The notes under the pieces: model-generated
The model's input: only the letters and a program-made list of their open reading frames with translations
Told to the model about the DNA's origin: nothing
The model's database searches: none
Shown: piece by piece, positions 44,321 through 57,345 of the stretch
How positions within the stretch are numbered: position 1 is the stretch's first letter
Layout of the letters: each line of letters opens with the position of its first letter
Assembly (NCBI RefSeq): GCF_009914755.1
Contig: NC_060932.1
DNA: 64,000 bases
Direction: 5' to 3' (one strand)
DNA from: the human T2T-CHM13v2.0 reference genome, Homo sapiens
Translations under genes and position numbers: made by a program

Positions 44321-44716
44321 ATGAAAGATGTGCATTGGTACTAATGCCTGTGATTTCTTCTCAGCCAATTATATTCTTGCAAAGTAAGAAGGACAATTAT
44401 TTTTCTCCCTTTGTGGTGGACTCAACTGTTGGAGGGATCTCAGAAGCATATTTGCCTGGACCCCAGCCTGATCATTCAGTATAATCATTACTTTGCTTTC
44501 TCTTGAGCTGCTACGATCCTGTTGCAGCATTCTCTGTTGGTTGCCAAATTACCTAAAATAGTTCAATGACTGCAGGAGATCTGTTCCATATTGTACTAAT
44601 TGTCATCCACAGAATACTTTGAAAGCATGATTGTCTTACTAGAATAAAAAGGAAGACCTTTATTTGTCTTAAACTCACTTGGAACAGATCTCACATGACT
44701 AAACTGTTTAAGTTAT

Positions 44717-44892
44717 TGTTATGGGTTGAATTGTGTACCTCTGAAATTCACATATTGAAGAAAACACCCTAGTACTTCAGAATGTTATTGTTTTCGGAAG
44801 AGATGATCTTTAAACAGATAATTAAGGTTAGATGAGGTCGCTGGGGTCAGGTCTTAATTGAATATGTCTGGTATCCTTATAAGAAGAGACTA

Positions 44893-44925
<33 letters not shown>

Positions 44926-45303
44926 GGAAAAACCATGTGAACACAGAGAAAAGATGGCTCTTAGAGATTGAACTGTGCTTTCCCAAAACTCATAATGTTG
45001 AAGTCCTGCTCCCAGCACTCATAAAGTGACTGTATCAGGGTGGCCCTAATCCAATCTGGCTGGTATCCTTGTAAGAAGAAGAGATGAGGGCATATAGAAA
45101 AACACCAGGGCCATGCACACACAGGGAAAGACCATGTGAGGACACAGCAAGAAGGCTGCCATCTGCAAGCTGAAAAGAGAGGCTGCAAGAGAAACCAAAC
45201 CTGCCTTGATCTTGGACTTACAGTCTCCAGCACTGTGAGAAAATACATCCCTGTTATTTAAGCCTGTGTTATTTTGTAATGGCAGCCCTCACAAAGTAAA
45301 TCA
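44717..45303 (+). mobile_element. Two tandem MLT1A/B-type LTR pieces (44717-44959 and 44960-45303)
   Basis: Both pieces contain tgaa(t/c)tgtg..., tggtatcctt(a/g)taagaaga and accatgtga; (CA)n at about 44895-44923. Confidence 0.8.
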
Positions 45304-45827
45304 ATTATGAAATTCTACAGGCGCTTTTTCAACTTACATGAAGTTCCTTTTCTTAAAATGCATGCATGCAAGAATGGGTCTTATGGCAAGTACAGTGTTA
45401 CTTAGAATTACCACTCCTCCTAAAATTTGCTAGATACAGCTTTCTGGGCCAGAATCATTTCCCTTTTTGCAATCAGGAATCCTTGAAGTGGGGGATATTT
45501 CTTCTCTACCCATTCCTTTCCATGTAAAAAAATATTCCCCTAAAAATTCCTGGCTTCTTTAAGGTCCCTACCTCCTTTGTTTCTGACCAAGAACTAGAGT
45601 GAGTTATCTGGTTGCTGAGTTTGGGAGGGGAGCTGAGTATCAGTGTCTCAGCTCCTTCCTTTCCTCATTCTCATGAATGGTAGTCTGCCTTCAGAATGCA
45701 TTTGCTCTGGTGTCCACCTTTATGGCTTTCATTGTATTTGTGCACCCCCAGTTAGACAGGTTGAGATTACCCTGTGCTGTCTGTGGCAGTGGGTAACAGG
45801 AAACCCATTGTTGCTGCACACCTTTCC

Positions 45828-46858
45828 TGGTTACCTCTTGCTGGGTGACAAACAATTACAAAATTTAGTGGTGTAAAACAATCATTTTATTAATTTCAAA
45901 ATTTTGTGGGGCAGAAATTTGGGCAGAGCACAGCAAAGATTGCTTATATCTGCTCGATGATGACTAAGACCTTTAATTAGATTGGCTCAAACAGCTGGAT
46001 TTAGCTGGGCTGACTTCATGAGAGCTACATGTCTTGGGCCTTGATTCTGGCTGTCAGCTGGTTTCCTCAGTGATATGGTTTGGCTATGCCCCCACCCAAA
46101 ATCTCATCTCGAATTGTAATCTGAATTATAATCCTCATGTGTTATGGGAGGGACTCGTGGGAGGTGACTGGATCATGGGGGCAGTTCCCCCATGCTGTTC
46201 TCTTGATAGTGAGTGAGTTCTCATGAGATCTGATGGTTTTATAAGGGGCTCTTCACCCCTTCACTGTGCACTTCTCTCTCCTGCCACCATGTGAAGAAGG
46301 GAGTGTTTGCTTCCCCTTCCACCATAATTGTAAGTTTCCTGAGGGTTCCCTAGCCACACAGAGCTGTGAGTCAATTCAGCCTCTTTTTGTTATAAATTGC
46401 CCAGCCTCAGGTATTTCTTCATAGCAGTGTGAGAATGGACTAAGACACTCAGTTTTTCTCCACATCATATCTACCAGTGCCAGAATGTCTAAAATGCTTT
46501 TTCACTAGCATATCTTTCCTGCACTGGGAGAGCTGAAACAACTAGGGCTGCCTGGACATCACTAGTTTTTCATAAGCTTATCTTGGGCTTCCTCACATTA
46601 TGGTGGTATCAGAGTAGTTGGACTTCTTACATGGTGGCTAGTTCCCCACAGAATGAGCATTCTAAGACACCAACATGAAAACTGCAAGGTTTATTCTGAA
46701 CTAATCTTGAAAGGGACACAGTGTCATTTCTGATGTATTCTGCAGGGTATAAGTGAGTAACAGGGCCAGCCAAGATTCAGTAGGTGAGGGCTGACTACAC
46801 AAAGATGTTAACACATGAGGTGGTTAAAAGAGGGGTCTTTTTAAGAGACTATCACAAC
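45828..46858 (-). mobile_element. Old MLT1 (F/G/H-like) LTR interrupted by THE1
   Basis: aaaatttagtggtgtaaaacaa...gcagaaatttgggcagagcacagc...ttgggcttcctcaca...gacttcttacatggtggct. Confidence 0.75.
46071..46447 (+). mobile_element. THE1 (C/D-like) solo LTR
   Basis: tgatatggtttggct...gaatggactaagaca; perfect TSD ctcag at 46066-46070 and 46448-46452. Confidence 0.95.
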
Positions 46859-47399
46859 ATTTCAGCCATGTTCTTAAATAGATAATAAAGGTGCTATTGT
46901 CCTCTCATCTACTTTTTCTTCTATGGTACTTCCCAGTTAATTCAAAACTGAGGCCAGAAAAAGTAAAATTTTTAAAGTTGATATTCTCATACATCAGCAA
47001 CAGCTATTATTTGTTCTTGATATATGACTTGTACCAGAAATATCTTAGTTATAGGCAACATCTTAACATGCCTTCTTGCATGCAAATAAGAGGATGTAAA
47101 TGGATGATTGAGGGTTGGGATGTTGCTTAACATCATGTGCCAGACATGAATAAGCATCACACCTTAGTTAAGAAATAAATTCTAAAGACAGAAAGGAATT
47201 CTGAAAATATGGTAACTAAAACATCCTGCTGCCTTGTCATTCCCAAACTCAACTTTAATCCTTCCTCCACATGAGCCAAATGGATGATGGGACTGGAAGA
47301 CAGCCATAGCCTGGAGGATGGAAATGACTGGGCTCTTGCAAATAAATTGAAAGAGAAAATGGTCCTTACTGACATTCAAATTAGAGGCCAGGAAGATTA

Positions 47400-47950
47400 A
47401 GTGAAGGAAATTTTCAGAGACTACCTAGTCAAACTGCAAAGGGATAGAAATCAAGAGGGAAAGATGAGGCTTACAGCCACAGGAGACTTAACACACAAAT
47501 AATGAGAAGGGAAAACAAGAAGATCTCATGGAAATGCAATTGTTAAACAAATGATAGCAGAAAAATTTCCTAACCTGAAGGAAGACCTAAGCAGGCAGAG
47601 GTACATTGAGGCAAGTCTTAATAGGATTTCTAAACTCCAAGAATAAAGAAAACATTTTATAGGTTTCAAAGTAGAAAAGACAAGTTATTTCAAAGGTTAA
47701 TTCACAGATGCAGGTTGACATTGGACAGCTCATCTGCAGAAAGAGGAGCTAGCCAATCATAGAATGACATCTATAGACTACTTAGAGAAAAGAAATACAA
47801 CCATGGATCCTGACAGCAGCCCAAATGCCATTCCAGTAGCACGAATGAAAGAAAAATACTGTAGATGTACAAGAATTGAAAGTACACATCACTCAAACAC
47901 TCTACAGCAGGAAAATTCTGGAGAATGAACTACAACTAGCAAACAAGCCA
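47400..47950 (+). mobile_element. Ancient L1M/HAL1 ORF1-like remnant
   Basis: A-rich; agaaaaatttcctaacctgaaggaagac (ENFP.LK-like) and aagaataaagaaaacatttta. Confidence 0.5.
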
Positions 47951-48490
47951 GAACAGAGATGAAAATGGGGTGTTTGAGAGGTGGCTGGGAAGAGGTTAAA
48001 TCTGTGAGTGAGGATAGGAAAAATAGAAAATGCAAGCAAACTAAAAACCTCATCCTAAGAAGTACACGAGATATAGAGAAAAGTAATAGGGGAATAAAGC
48101 CCTTAGTAAGAATTTTTTAAGTAAAATTAATATTAATAAATAATAGGCTTTATTATAATTGCCAGGAATGGGAAGGGAACCCAAAGTACACTACCAACAT
48201 ACAGTAAGAACCCAAATTAATGAGCACTTCTACTTGTAAATTAGCTGCAAATATACAAAGGAGGGAAAGAAAAATATCAAATGGAAATACTAAACATAGA
48301 GTAAGATGGAATAAATGAAAATAAGTATATCATCATATATATTGTGTTAGTTATCTATAGCTGCATAACAAATCAAATTAAAAATGGATTTGACTGAATG
48401 ATTACCAGATCTTACCTTAGAATATTTGTTTTATTTGTGCAAGAGTGAGCCTTTCAGGCAAGGTATTCCTTGGACTTCTTAAAAGTTTTC

Positions 48491-50847
48491 ATCCCTGGGA
48501 TGCAAGTCTGGTTCAACATACACAAATCAATAAATGTAATCCATCACATAAACAAAACCAATGACAAAACCACGTGATTATCTCAATAGATGCAGAAAAG
48601 GCCTTCAATAAAATTCAACACCCCTTCATGCTAAAAACTCTCAATAAATTAGGTATTGATGGAACGCATCTCAAAATAACAAGAGCTATTTATGACAAAC
48701 CCACAGCCAATATCATACTGAATGGGCAAAAGCTGGAAGCATTTCCTTTGAAAACTCGCACAAGACAAGGATGCCCTTTCTCACCCCTCCTATTCAACAC
48801 AGTATTGGAAGTTCTGGCCAGAGCAATTAGGCAAGATAAAGAAATAAAGGGTATTCAAATGGGAAGAGAGGAAGTCAAATTGTCTCTGTTTGCAGATGAC
48901 ATGATTGTATATTTAGAAAACCTCATGGTCTCAGCCCACAATCTCCTTAAGCTGATAAGCAACTTCAGCAGTCTCAGGATACAAAATCAATGTGCAAAAA
49001 CCACAAGCATTCCTATACACCAATAACAGAGAAACAGAGAGCCAAATCATAAGTGAACTCCCATTCACAATTGCTACAAAGAGAATAAAATACCTAGGAA
49101 TACAACTTACAAGAGATGTGAAGGACCTCTTCAAGGAGAACTACAAACCACTGCTCAAGGAAATAAAAGAGGACACAAACAAATGGGAAAACATTCCATG
49201 CTCATGGATACGAAGACTCAATATCGTGAAAATGGCTGTACTTACTGCGCAAAGAAATTTTTAGATTCAATGCTATCCCCATGAAGCTACCATTGACTTT
49301 CCTCACAGAATTACAAATCAGTATATTAAATTTCATATGGAACCAAAAAAGGGCCCGCATAGCCAAGACAATCCTAAGCAAAAAGAACAAAGCTGGAGGC
49401 ATCACACTACCTGACTTCAAACTATACTACAAGGCCATAGTAACCAAAACAGCATGTTACTGGTACCAAAACAGATATATACACAAATGGAATAGAACAG
49501 AGGCCTCGGAAATAATGCCACACATCTACAACCATCTGATCTTTAACAAACCTGACAAAAACAAGCAATGGGGAAAGGATTCCCTATTTAATAAATGGTA
49601 TTGGGAAAACTGGCTAGCCATATGCAGAAAACTGAAACTGGATCCCTTCCTTACAGCTTATACAAAAATTAACTCAAGATGGATTAAAGACTTAAACCTG
49701 GAACCTACCACCATAAAAACCCTAGAAGAAAACCTAGGCAATACCATTTAGGCATGGGCAAAGACTTCATGACTAAAACACCAAAGGCAATGGCAACAAA
49801 AGCCAGAATTAACAAATGAGATCTAATTAAACTAAAGAGCTTCCGCACAGCAAAAGAAACTATCATCAGAGTGAACAGGCAACCTATAGAATGGGAGAAA
49901 ATTTTTGCAATCTATCCATCTGACAAAGGGCTAATATCCAGAATCTACAAAGAACTTATACAAATTTACAAGAAACAAACAAACAAACAACTCCTCAAAA
50001 AGTGGGTGAAGGATGTGAACAGACACTTCTCAAAAGAAGACATTTATGGGGCCAACAAACATATGAAAAAAAGCTCATCATCACTGGTCATTAGATAAAT
50101 GCAAATCAAAACCACAATGAGATACCATCTCATTCCAGTTAGAATGGCAATCATTAAAAAGTCAGGAAACAACAGATGCTGGAGAGGTTTTGGAGAAATA
50201 GAAATGCTTTTACACTGTTGGTGGGAGTGTAAATTAGTTCAACCATTGTGGAAAACAGTGTGGCATTTCCTCAAGGATCTAGAACCAAAAATACCATTTG
50301 ACCCAGCAATCCCATTACTGGGTATATACCCAAAGGATTATAAATCATTCTACTATAAAGACAAATGCACACCTATGTTTATTGCAGCACTGTTCACAAT
50401 AGCAAAGACTTGGAACCAACCCAAATGCCCATCAATAATAGACTGGATAAAGAAAATGTGGCACATATATACCATGGAAATACTATACAGCCATAAAAAG
50501 GATGAGTTCATGTCCTTTGCAGGGACATGGATGAAGCTGAAAACCATCATTGCTAGCAAACTAACACCACATGGAACAGAAAACCAAACACTGCATGTTT
50601 TCACTCATAAGTGGGAGTTGAACAAGGAGAACACATGGACACAGGGAGTGAAACATCACCCACCAGGGCCTGTTAGAGGTTGGAGGGCTAGGAGAGGGAT
50701 AGCATGAGGAGAAATACCTAATGTAGATGACGAGTTGATGGGTTCAGCAAACCACCATGGCAGGTGTATACCTATGAAACAAACCTGCACGTCCTGCACA
50801 TGTATCCCAGAACTTAAAGTATAATAAAAAGAAAAGAAAAAAAGAGC
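48491..50847 (+). mobile_element. 5'-truncated L1PA7/8-like element
   Basis: ORF2 RT fragments ([12 protein letters not shown]), CCHC region, 3'UTR gtagatgacgagttgatggg, poly-A; candidate TSD aagttttc at 48483-48490 and 50848-50855. Confidence 0.96.
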
Positions 50848-50855
50848 AAGTTTTC

Positions 50856-51117
50856 GAGGAACTTTAGCCAAGATGGCTGAATAGACACAGACAGAAAAAA
50901 CTTCTCCCACGGAGAGACCAGACCATCAAGAAGACTGGCACACTCTGAATTGATCTTCAGAAAGAAGACATTGAGAGTCAACCGAGGGAGGACACAGACC
51001 CTAGGCTGAATGGGGAGGAAGCTAAGAACACTGCCTGGGGTTGCCACGCAGCAGGACTCCTCCCTGACCCTGAGTGGCTCCTGGGGAAATGGTGAGTTAA
51101 ATAGGCATGGAGTGGCT
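50856..51117 (+). mobile_element. L1 5'UTR start of an older L1PA15/16-type element
   Basis: YY1-type ccaagatggc at about 50868 followed by GC-richer L1P 5'UTR-like sequence. Confidence 0.75.
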
Positions 51118-51200
51118 CTTAAGGACCTCTTGTAAGGTGGGTCTGGTGGTAGCAAATGTACTTAGCTTTTGCTTGTTTGAAAGGATTACATTTCTCCATT
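51118..51200 (-). mobile_element. Inverted L1 ORF1 3'-region fragment
   Basis: cttaaggacctcttgtaaggtgggtctggtggtagcaaat is the antisense of the L1 ORF1 'TTRP.LQEVLK' region. Confidence 0.8.
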
Positions 51201-51295
51201 TCCCAGGCTGTTCTCAAACTCCTGAGCTCAAGTGATCTGCCCACCTCAGCCTTCTAAAGTGTTGGGACTGCGGGCATGAGCCACTGTGCCTGGCC
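51201..51295 (-). mobile_element. Alu 5' fragment (AluJ/FLAM-like, about 95 bp)
   Basis: cccaggctgttctcaaactcctgagctcaagtgatc...gagccactgtgcctggcc. Confidence 0.92.
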
Positions 51296-53104
51296 AAAAA
51301 TCAATAGCATTTCCCTACACCAACAACGTCTAAGCTGAATGCAATCCTATTCACAATAGCCACAAAAAGAATAAAATACCTAGGAATACAGCCTACCTGG
51401 GAGGTGAAAAATCTCTACAACCAAAATGACAAAACACTCCTCAAAGAAATCAGATGACACAAACAATTGGAAATACATTTCATGCTCATGGATAGGAAGA
51501 ATCAATATTGTTAAAATGAACATACTGCCCAACGCAATTTGTAGATTCAGTGGTATTCCTGTCAAATAACCACTATCATTTTTCACAGAATTAGAAAAGC
51601 TATTTTAAAATCCACATGGATATAATAAAGAGTGTGAATAGCCAAAGCAATCCTAAGCAGAAAGAATGAAGCTGGAGGTATCACACTACCCAACTTCAAA
51701 CTATACTACAAGGCTACAGTAAATAAAACAGCATGATACTGGCGTTAAAAAAGACCATAGGCCAGCGAAATGAGTTAGAGAACCCAGAAATAAAGTGGCA
51801 CACCTACAACCATCAGTTCTTTGACAAAGTCAACAATAACATGCAATGGAGAAAGGACCTCCTATTCAATAAATGGCTCTGGGATAACTGGCTAGCTATA
51901 TGCAGAACATTGAAACTGGACTTCTACATTTCACCACATAAAAAATTAAAGTCAGGATAGATTAAAGACTTAAATGTAAAACCTAAAACTACAAAAACTC
52001 TAGAAGAAAATCTATTAAATACCTTTCTGGACATAGGCCTTGGCAAAGATTTCAAAATGTGGACTCCAAAAGCAATTGAAACAAAACGAAAAATTGACAA
52101 GTAGGACTTAATTAAACTAAAAAGCTTCTACACAGCAAAAGAAACTGTCAACGGGATAAACCCACAACCTATAGAATGGGAGAAAATAATTGCAAACTAT
52201 GCATCCAACAAAGGTCTAATATTCAGAATCTATTAGAAACTTAAACAATTGAACAAGCAGAAAACAACCTGATTGAAAAATGGGCAAAATAAATGAACAG
52301 ACACTTCTCAAAAGAGAACACAAACAATTAGGCAACAAATGTATGAAAAAAACGCTCCACATCACTAATCATCAGAGAAATACAAATCAAACTGCAATGC
52401 GATACCAACTCACACCAAGCAGAATGGCTATTACTAAAACAGCAAAAAATTAGAGATGCTGGTGAGGCTTCAGAGAAAAGGAAATGTTTATATATTGCTG
52501 GTGGGAACGTAAATTAGTTCTGGAAATTTCTGAAAGAACTTAAAACAGAACTACCATTGAATCCAGCAATGCCATTACTGGGCATTTATCCAAAAGAAAA
52601 TAAATTTTTCCACCAAAAAGACATAGGCATTTACATTTTCATCGCATCACTGTTCATGATAGCAGAGACACTGAATCAACCCCGATGCCCATCAATGGTG
52701 GATTGGATAAAGAAAATGTACATATACACCATGGGATACTACACAGCCATAAAAAAGAGTGAGGTCATGTCCTTTGCAGCAACCATGGATGTAGCTGGAG
52801 GCCATTATCCTAAGTGAATTAACACAGGAACAGAAAGCCAAATACCTCATGTTCTCATTTATAAGTGGAAACTAAACATTAGGTACACATGGACACAAAG
52901 ATGGGAACAATAGACACTAGAGCTTACTTGAGATTGGAGGGTGGGAAGAGTGTTAGGATAGAAAAACTACCTATCGGATACTATGCTCACTACCTGTGTG
53001 ACAAAATCAATTGTACATGAAACCCCAGCAACATGCAATTAACTCATGTAACAAACTTGCACGTGTACCCCCTAAACCTAAAAAAAGAAGTTGGAAGAAA
53101 AAAA
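51296..53104 (+). mobile_element. L1PA15/16-like ORF2 3' portion and 3'UTR
   Basis: Degraded ORF2 ([23 protein letters not shown]); 3'UTR gaaaaactacctatcggatactatgctcactacctg. Confidence 0.93.
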
Positions 53105-53515
53105 GAAGTTGAAGTGATGCCAGGGCTTCACTGAGTTGTTAAAGACTGGAGGTCTGACTATTTTTGTTGCTGGATTGCTAATAAATGCTTGAATGATTAT
53201 TATCATTTAAATATAGTATCTGGTAAATATTATGGGGAAGTTGACATTTAGTTCTTATCCACTTCTAATTTTTGGAGATTATTAATATTAATTTTAAAAA
53301 GAGATATTTGTAGATAGTAAAAATGGTTTAGTGAATATAAAATTACACTCAAATATCCAACATAATTACAAATATCATTCTGAATCATCAAATATTCCAA
53401 TAATTTCACTTAAGTCGGTAAAACTTTTAAAAAGAAGTTGTAAAAATATTTGTTGATACTGTGAAAATTATACAGTTGGGAAATGAACAAGATTATACTA
53501 CATTAAGTATAATTA

Positions 53516-53951
53516 TAATTGGCCCTTGAATAACACATGTGTTAGGGGCACTGACTCCCCTGTGCAATAGAAAATTCAACTGTAACTTTTGAATTCCCCA
53601 AACTTAACTACTAATAACTTACTGTTGACCAGAGGCCTTACTGATAACAGCCAATTGACAGGTATTTTGTATGTTATATGTATTATATACTGTATTCTTA
53701 CAATAAAATAAGCTAGAGAAATGAAAAATGCTATTAAGAAAATCATAAGAGAGAGAAAATGTATTTAATATTCATGGGGTGGAGGTAGATCAGCAAAAGC
53801 CTTCATTCTTGCCATCTTCATGTTAAGTAGGCTGAGGAGAAGAAGGAAGAGGAGGGGTTGATTTTGCTTGTTAGGGATGGTAGAGACAAAAGAAAATTCA
53901 CACGTAAGTGGACCTGTGTGGTTGAAACTTATGATGTTCAAGGTTCAACTA
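53516..53951. mobile_element. Tigger2a-like element
   Basis: TIR-like ttggcccttgaa / ttcaaggttcaact; same orientation and body as 42652-43094. Confidence 0.85.
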
Positions 53952-53970
53952 TAATATGAAAATTATCATA

Positions 53971-54210
53971 GTACTGGATATATTTATATATATATATATA
54001 TATAACATAATATAGATGTATATATATAACATAATATATATGTTATATATATATTATAGTAGGGTACTGGATATATTTTTATATATATAACATAATATAT
54101 AATATATTTATATGTATTTATATATTATATATAAGTATATATATATAATCTCAGTATATTTTTCCTTATAATAATAATTTTTCCTTATAATAATTTTCCT
54201 TATAATAATG
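53971..54210. repeat. (TA)n/AT-rich low-complexity block with local duplications
   Basis: gtactggatatattt at 53971 and 54064; tttccttataataa three times at about 54161-54207. Confidence 0.85.
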
Positions 54211-54239
54211 ACAACCAAAAATAAAAGTAGTAAAATATT

Positions 54240-55480
54240 TCACTTATAATGGTGACAAAAATGATAAATACTTAGGAATTAATTTAAGAAAAAAGCATCT
54301 GAACTTAATAAAAAAAATTAATAGGAAACATGTAGAGAAAATTGTTATTGAAAGACACATGGATATTTAAATAATTAGAAAGACATATCATATTCTTAGA
54401 TGGTGATATTTAATAAATAAAAATATCAGTTCTGAAATAATAGAAATTCAAATTGTAATTGTAAGAAGACTTTGATAATTTCATCAAGGATCTTCTTATA
54501 GAAGAATAAATAACAAAAATAGCCAAAAAATTCTTTAAAAATAACTATCATGATAAAGACATTCCCTTGTTAGACATTAGAAGGTGCTATGAAGCTTTGA
54601 AGTTTAAACAGATAAATAAATCATAGAAATAAAATAGCGAAGCAAAAAACAAATTCTATTATTTATGGATTTTGATTATATCACAAAGTTGGCATTTTGT
54701 TTCATTGAGGAAAGGTTATTTCAGTTATTTCATAAATGGTTACAGCATAGCTAATATTTAATTCATCTAGAATAAAATGAAGTGGAAGTCACACCTTTTA
54801 CCACATATGAAAATAAATCCTAGCTGAATTTAAAACTTAAATATTAAAAATAAAAAAGTATGTAGAAAAAAATTAAGTATTCATACTTACTACCTAAATG
54901 TGGGACAAACATTTTTATGGGTCCAGGAAATTCAGGAACTGTAAAAGATAGATGTACATAAATAAATATAAATTTATGTCTTTGTATAGCAAAAGATAGC
55001 AAAGTCATTAGATAGGTCATAGATCTGTAAAATGAAGTTGCAACACAGATACAGATACACTTTAAAGTCTACATAATATAAAGAATATTTAGGATTCATT
55101 CTGGCAAGAAACATAATTCAATAGTATAATGAACAAAGAATGTAAATTGGCAATTCTTAGAAACAAAACCATATGTTAGAATCCTTAAATTCACAATTAC
55201 TAGAATACATCCAAATATAGGAAAGGAGAGGAAAGTGTAGATGAATAAAAATAAAATAAGGAGACAAAAAAATACAGAACAAAAATCCTCTCAGAACATT
55301 TGATATGAATTTGAGTACATAAAATTTCCAATGCATGTACGTATACACATAAAGTCTTGAAAAAATAGATAAACTTAGGTATATATTTATGATTACTGGC
55401 CATATTGAGTATATATGGCGAGTGAAAAAATGTCCACATTGCATGGTAATGTATATGCTATGATTCTATTTTCTTATCAA
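54240..55480 (+). mobile_element. Ancient L1M (L1ME-like) ORF2/3' remnant
   Basis: aaatacttaggaattaattt, aaataattagaaagacatatcatattct, tttcataaatggt, accacatatgaaaataaatcc. Confidence 0.65.
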
Positions 55481-55582
55481 CAGTAGCAACAATAAAAGTA
55501 CTATAGATGTGTGTGCACGTGTGTGTATGCAAGAATATATTTGTTGAGAATGTTGATTTGAAAGGACACCAGGCTGGCTACT

Positions 55583-55588
55583 TGTGCG

Positions 55589-55641
<53 letters not shown>
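55583..55641. repeat. (TG)n microsatellite
   Basis: Long TG run with two cg interruptions. Confidence 0.97.
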
Positions 55642-55642
<1 letters not shown>

Positions 55643-55689
55643 GGGAGGGAGGGGTGTTGTATAAGATGGCAGCAGCCGGCAAAAACTAT

Positions 55690-56630
55690 ACTTCTTTTGT
55701 TATTTTAGAATATAGTCCTCCTACTTATTTTAAAATAAAAAAAAGAGTTAACTGTAAAACAGCTTCATGCAAGTCCTTCAGGAGATATTCTAGAAGAAGG
55801 CATTGTTATCCTAGGAAATGACAGCTCCATGAGTGTTATTGCCCTGAAGACTTTCCAGTGGGACAAGATATGGAGATGGAAGACAGTGATACTGATGATC
55901 CTAATCCTGTGTAGGTCTAGGCTAATGTGTGTGTTTGTGTCTTAACTTTTAACAAAATGGTTTAAAAATTAAAAATAGGAAGTAGAAAAAGCTTATAGAA
56001 TAAGGATATAAAGAAAAAATAGTTTTATACAGCTGTGAAAATCAGTTTGTGGTTTCAGCTAAGTGTATTTACAAAAGACTTATAAAGTTAAAAAATACAA
56101 GTTCTTAAAGTAAAAAAGTCATGATAAGCAAAGGTTAATTTATTATTAAAGAAAAAATATTGCTTATAAATTTAGTGTACTAAGTGTAGAGCTTTATAAA
56201 GTTTACAGTAGTGGACAGTAATGCTCCAGGCTTTCGCATTTACTCGTCACTCACTCATTGATTCACTCAGAGCAACTTCCAGTCCCGCAAACTCCATTCT
56301 AGGTGAGTGCCCTATACAGGTAAGGCACGTTATCATTTACATTATCTTAAATACATTATCTTTTATAATGTATTTATACTTCATCTTTTCTGTTTAGATC
56401 ATATAAGTACTGACCATTGTGTTGCAATTGCCTATAGCAGTCAGTACAGTAACATGCTGGTCAGGTTTGTAGCCTAGGAGCAATAGTCTATACCATGTAG
56501 CCTAGGTGTGTATCATTAGGCAATACCATCTAGAACTGTGTAGTACACTCTGTGATATTGGTAGAATGATGAGATCACTGAATGAAACATTTCTCAGAAC
56601 CAATCTGCATTGTTAAAGATGTATAACTAT
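55690..56630. mobile_element. Tigger3-type (Golem/MER7) DNA transposon
   Basis: gttaactgtaaaacagc...gaagaaggcattgttatc...gacagctccatg...caggtttgtagcctaggagcaatag...catttctcagaac. Confidence 0.85.
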
Positions 56631-57229
56631 ACTGAAAATGTATACATATTTACACTCCAGTTTCATGTGGTCTCTTAAAATAAAGAATAAACATTTACCA
56701 AGAAAATGCAATTCTTCATCAGTGTGTAATGTAAAATTGGGTATTGTCAGAATTATGCTAAAGATTTCTTATATGATTCACGAGGAGTATAAGATGTGAT
56801 TTTCATCATACAAACCTGTAGAGGATTTTGCACTTTAAAGTTTACAAACAGCATCTCCTAATGAGGAATAAAGGAAAGTTTCTCTGCAGGTGTCTGATCA
56901 TGTTTTCACTCTGCTCTAACATGACCATCAAAACCCTAGGGGAGAAGAGGGATGAATATCAAATTCTAAAGTGTTTCTTCTTACCTGCAGAGTTTACTCC
57001 ATTTAGGTTTACTATTAGGTTTCTAAGCCATAATACATTAATTCACTGTGAGAATAAAAAATAGTCAAATTGCCCTTTTAGAAGTTTAGGCTCTAAGGTT
57101 ACCCCCCAAATTATATGATTTGGTGATTTTATTTAATTATATTAACCGATAGCTCCAACCTATCTGACAAATTAAACATGTCTGGATATCAGGTTGTTGA
57201 AATAAAATCTCAATTTTATTGAAATGTTA

Positions 57230-57345
57230 ATGAAAACCAGTTCTGAGGCTTTAAGTGACTTATCCAAGGACACATAGGTAGTAAGTAGCATGGAGGAATT
57301 TGAACCCATACCTGCCCAAAACCTAAGTTCAGGCTGTACAGCTCT
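57230..57345 (-). mobile_element. MIR fragment
   Basis: ttaagtgacttatccaaggacacataggtagtaagtagc...gaatttgaaccca. Confidence 0.75.

Noticed and set aside
48574-52817. ORFs of 70-202 aa
   Set aside because: Broken L1 ORF2 frames and their antisense shadows.
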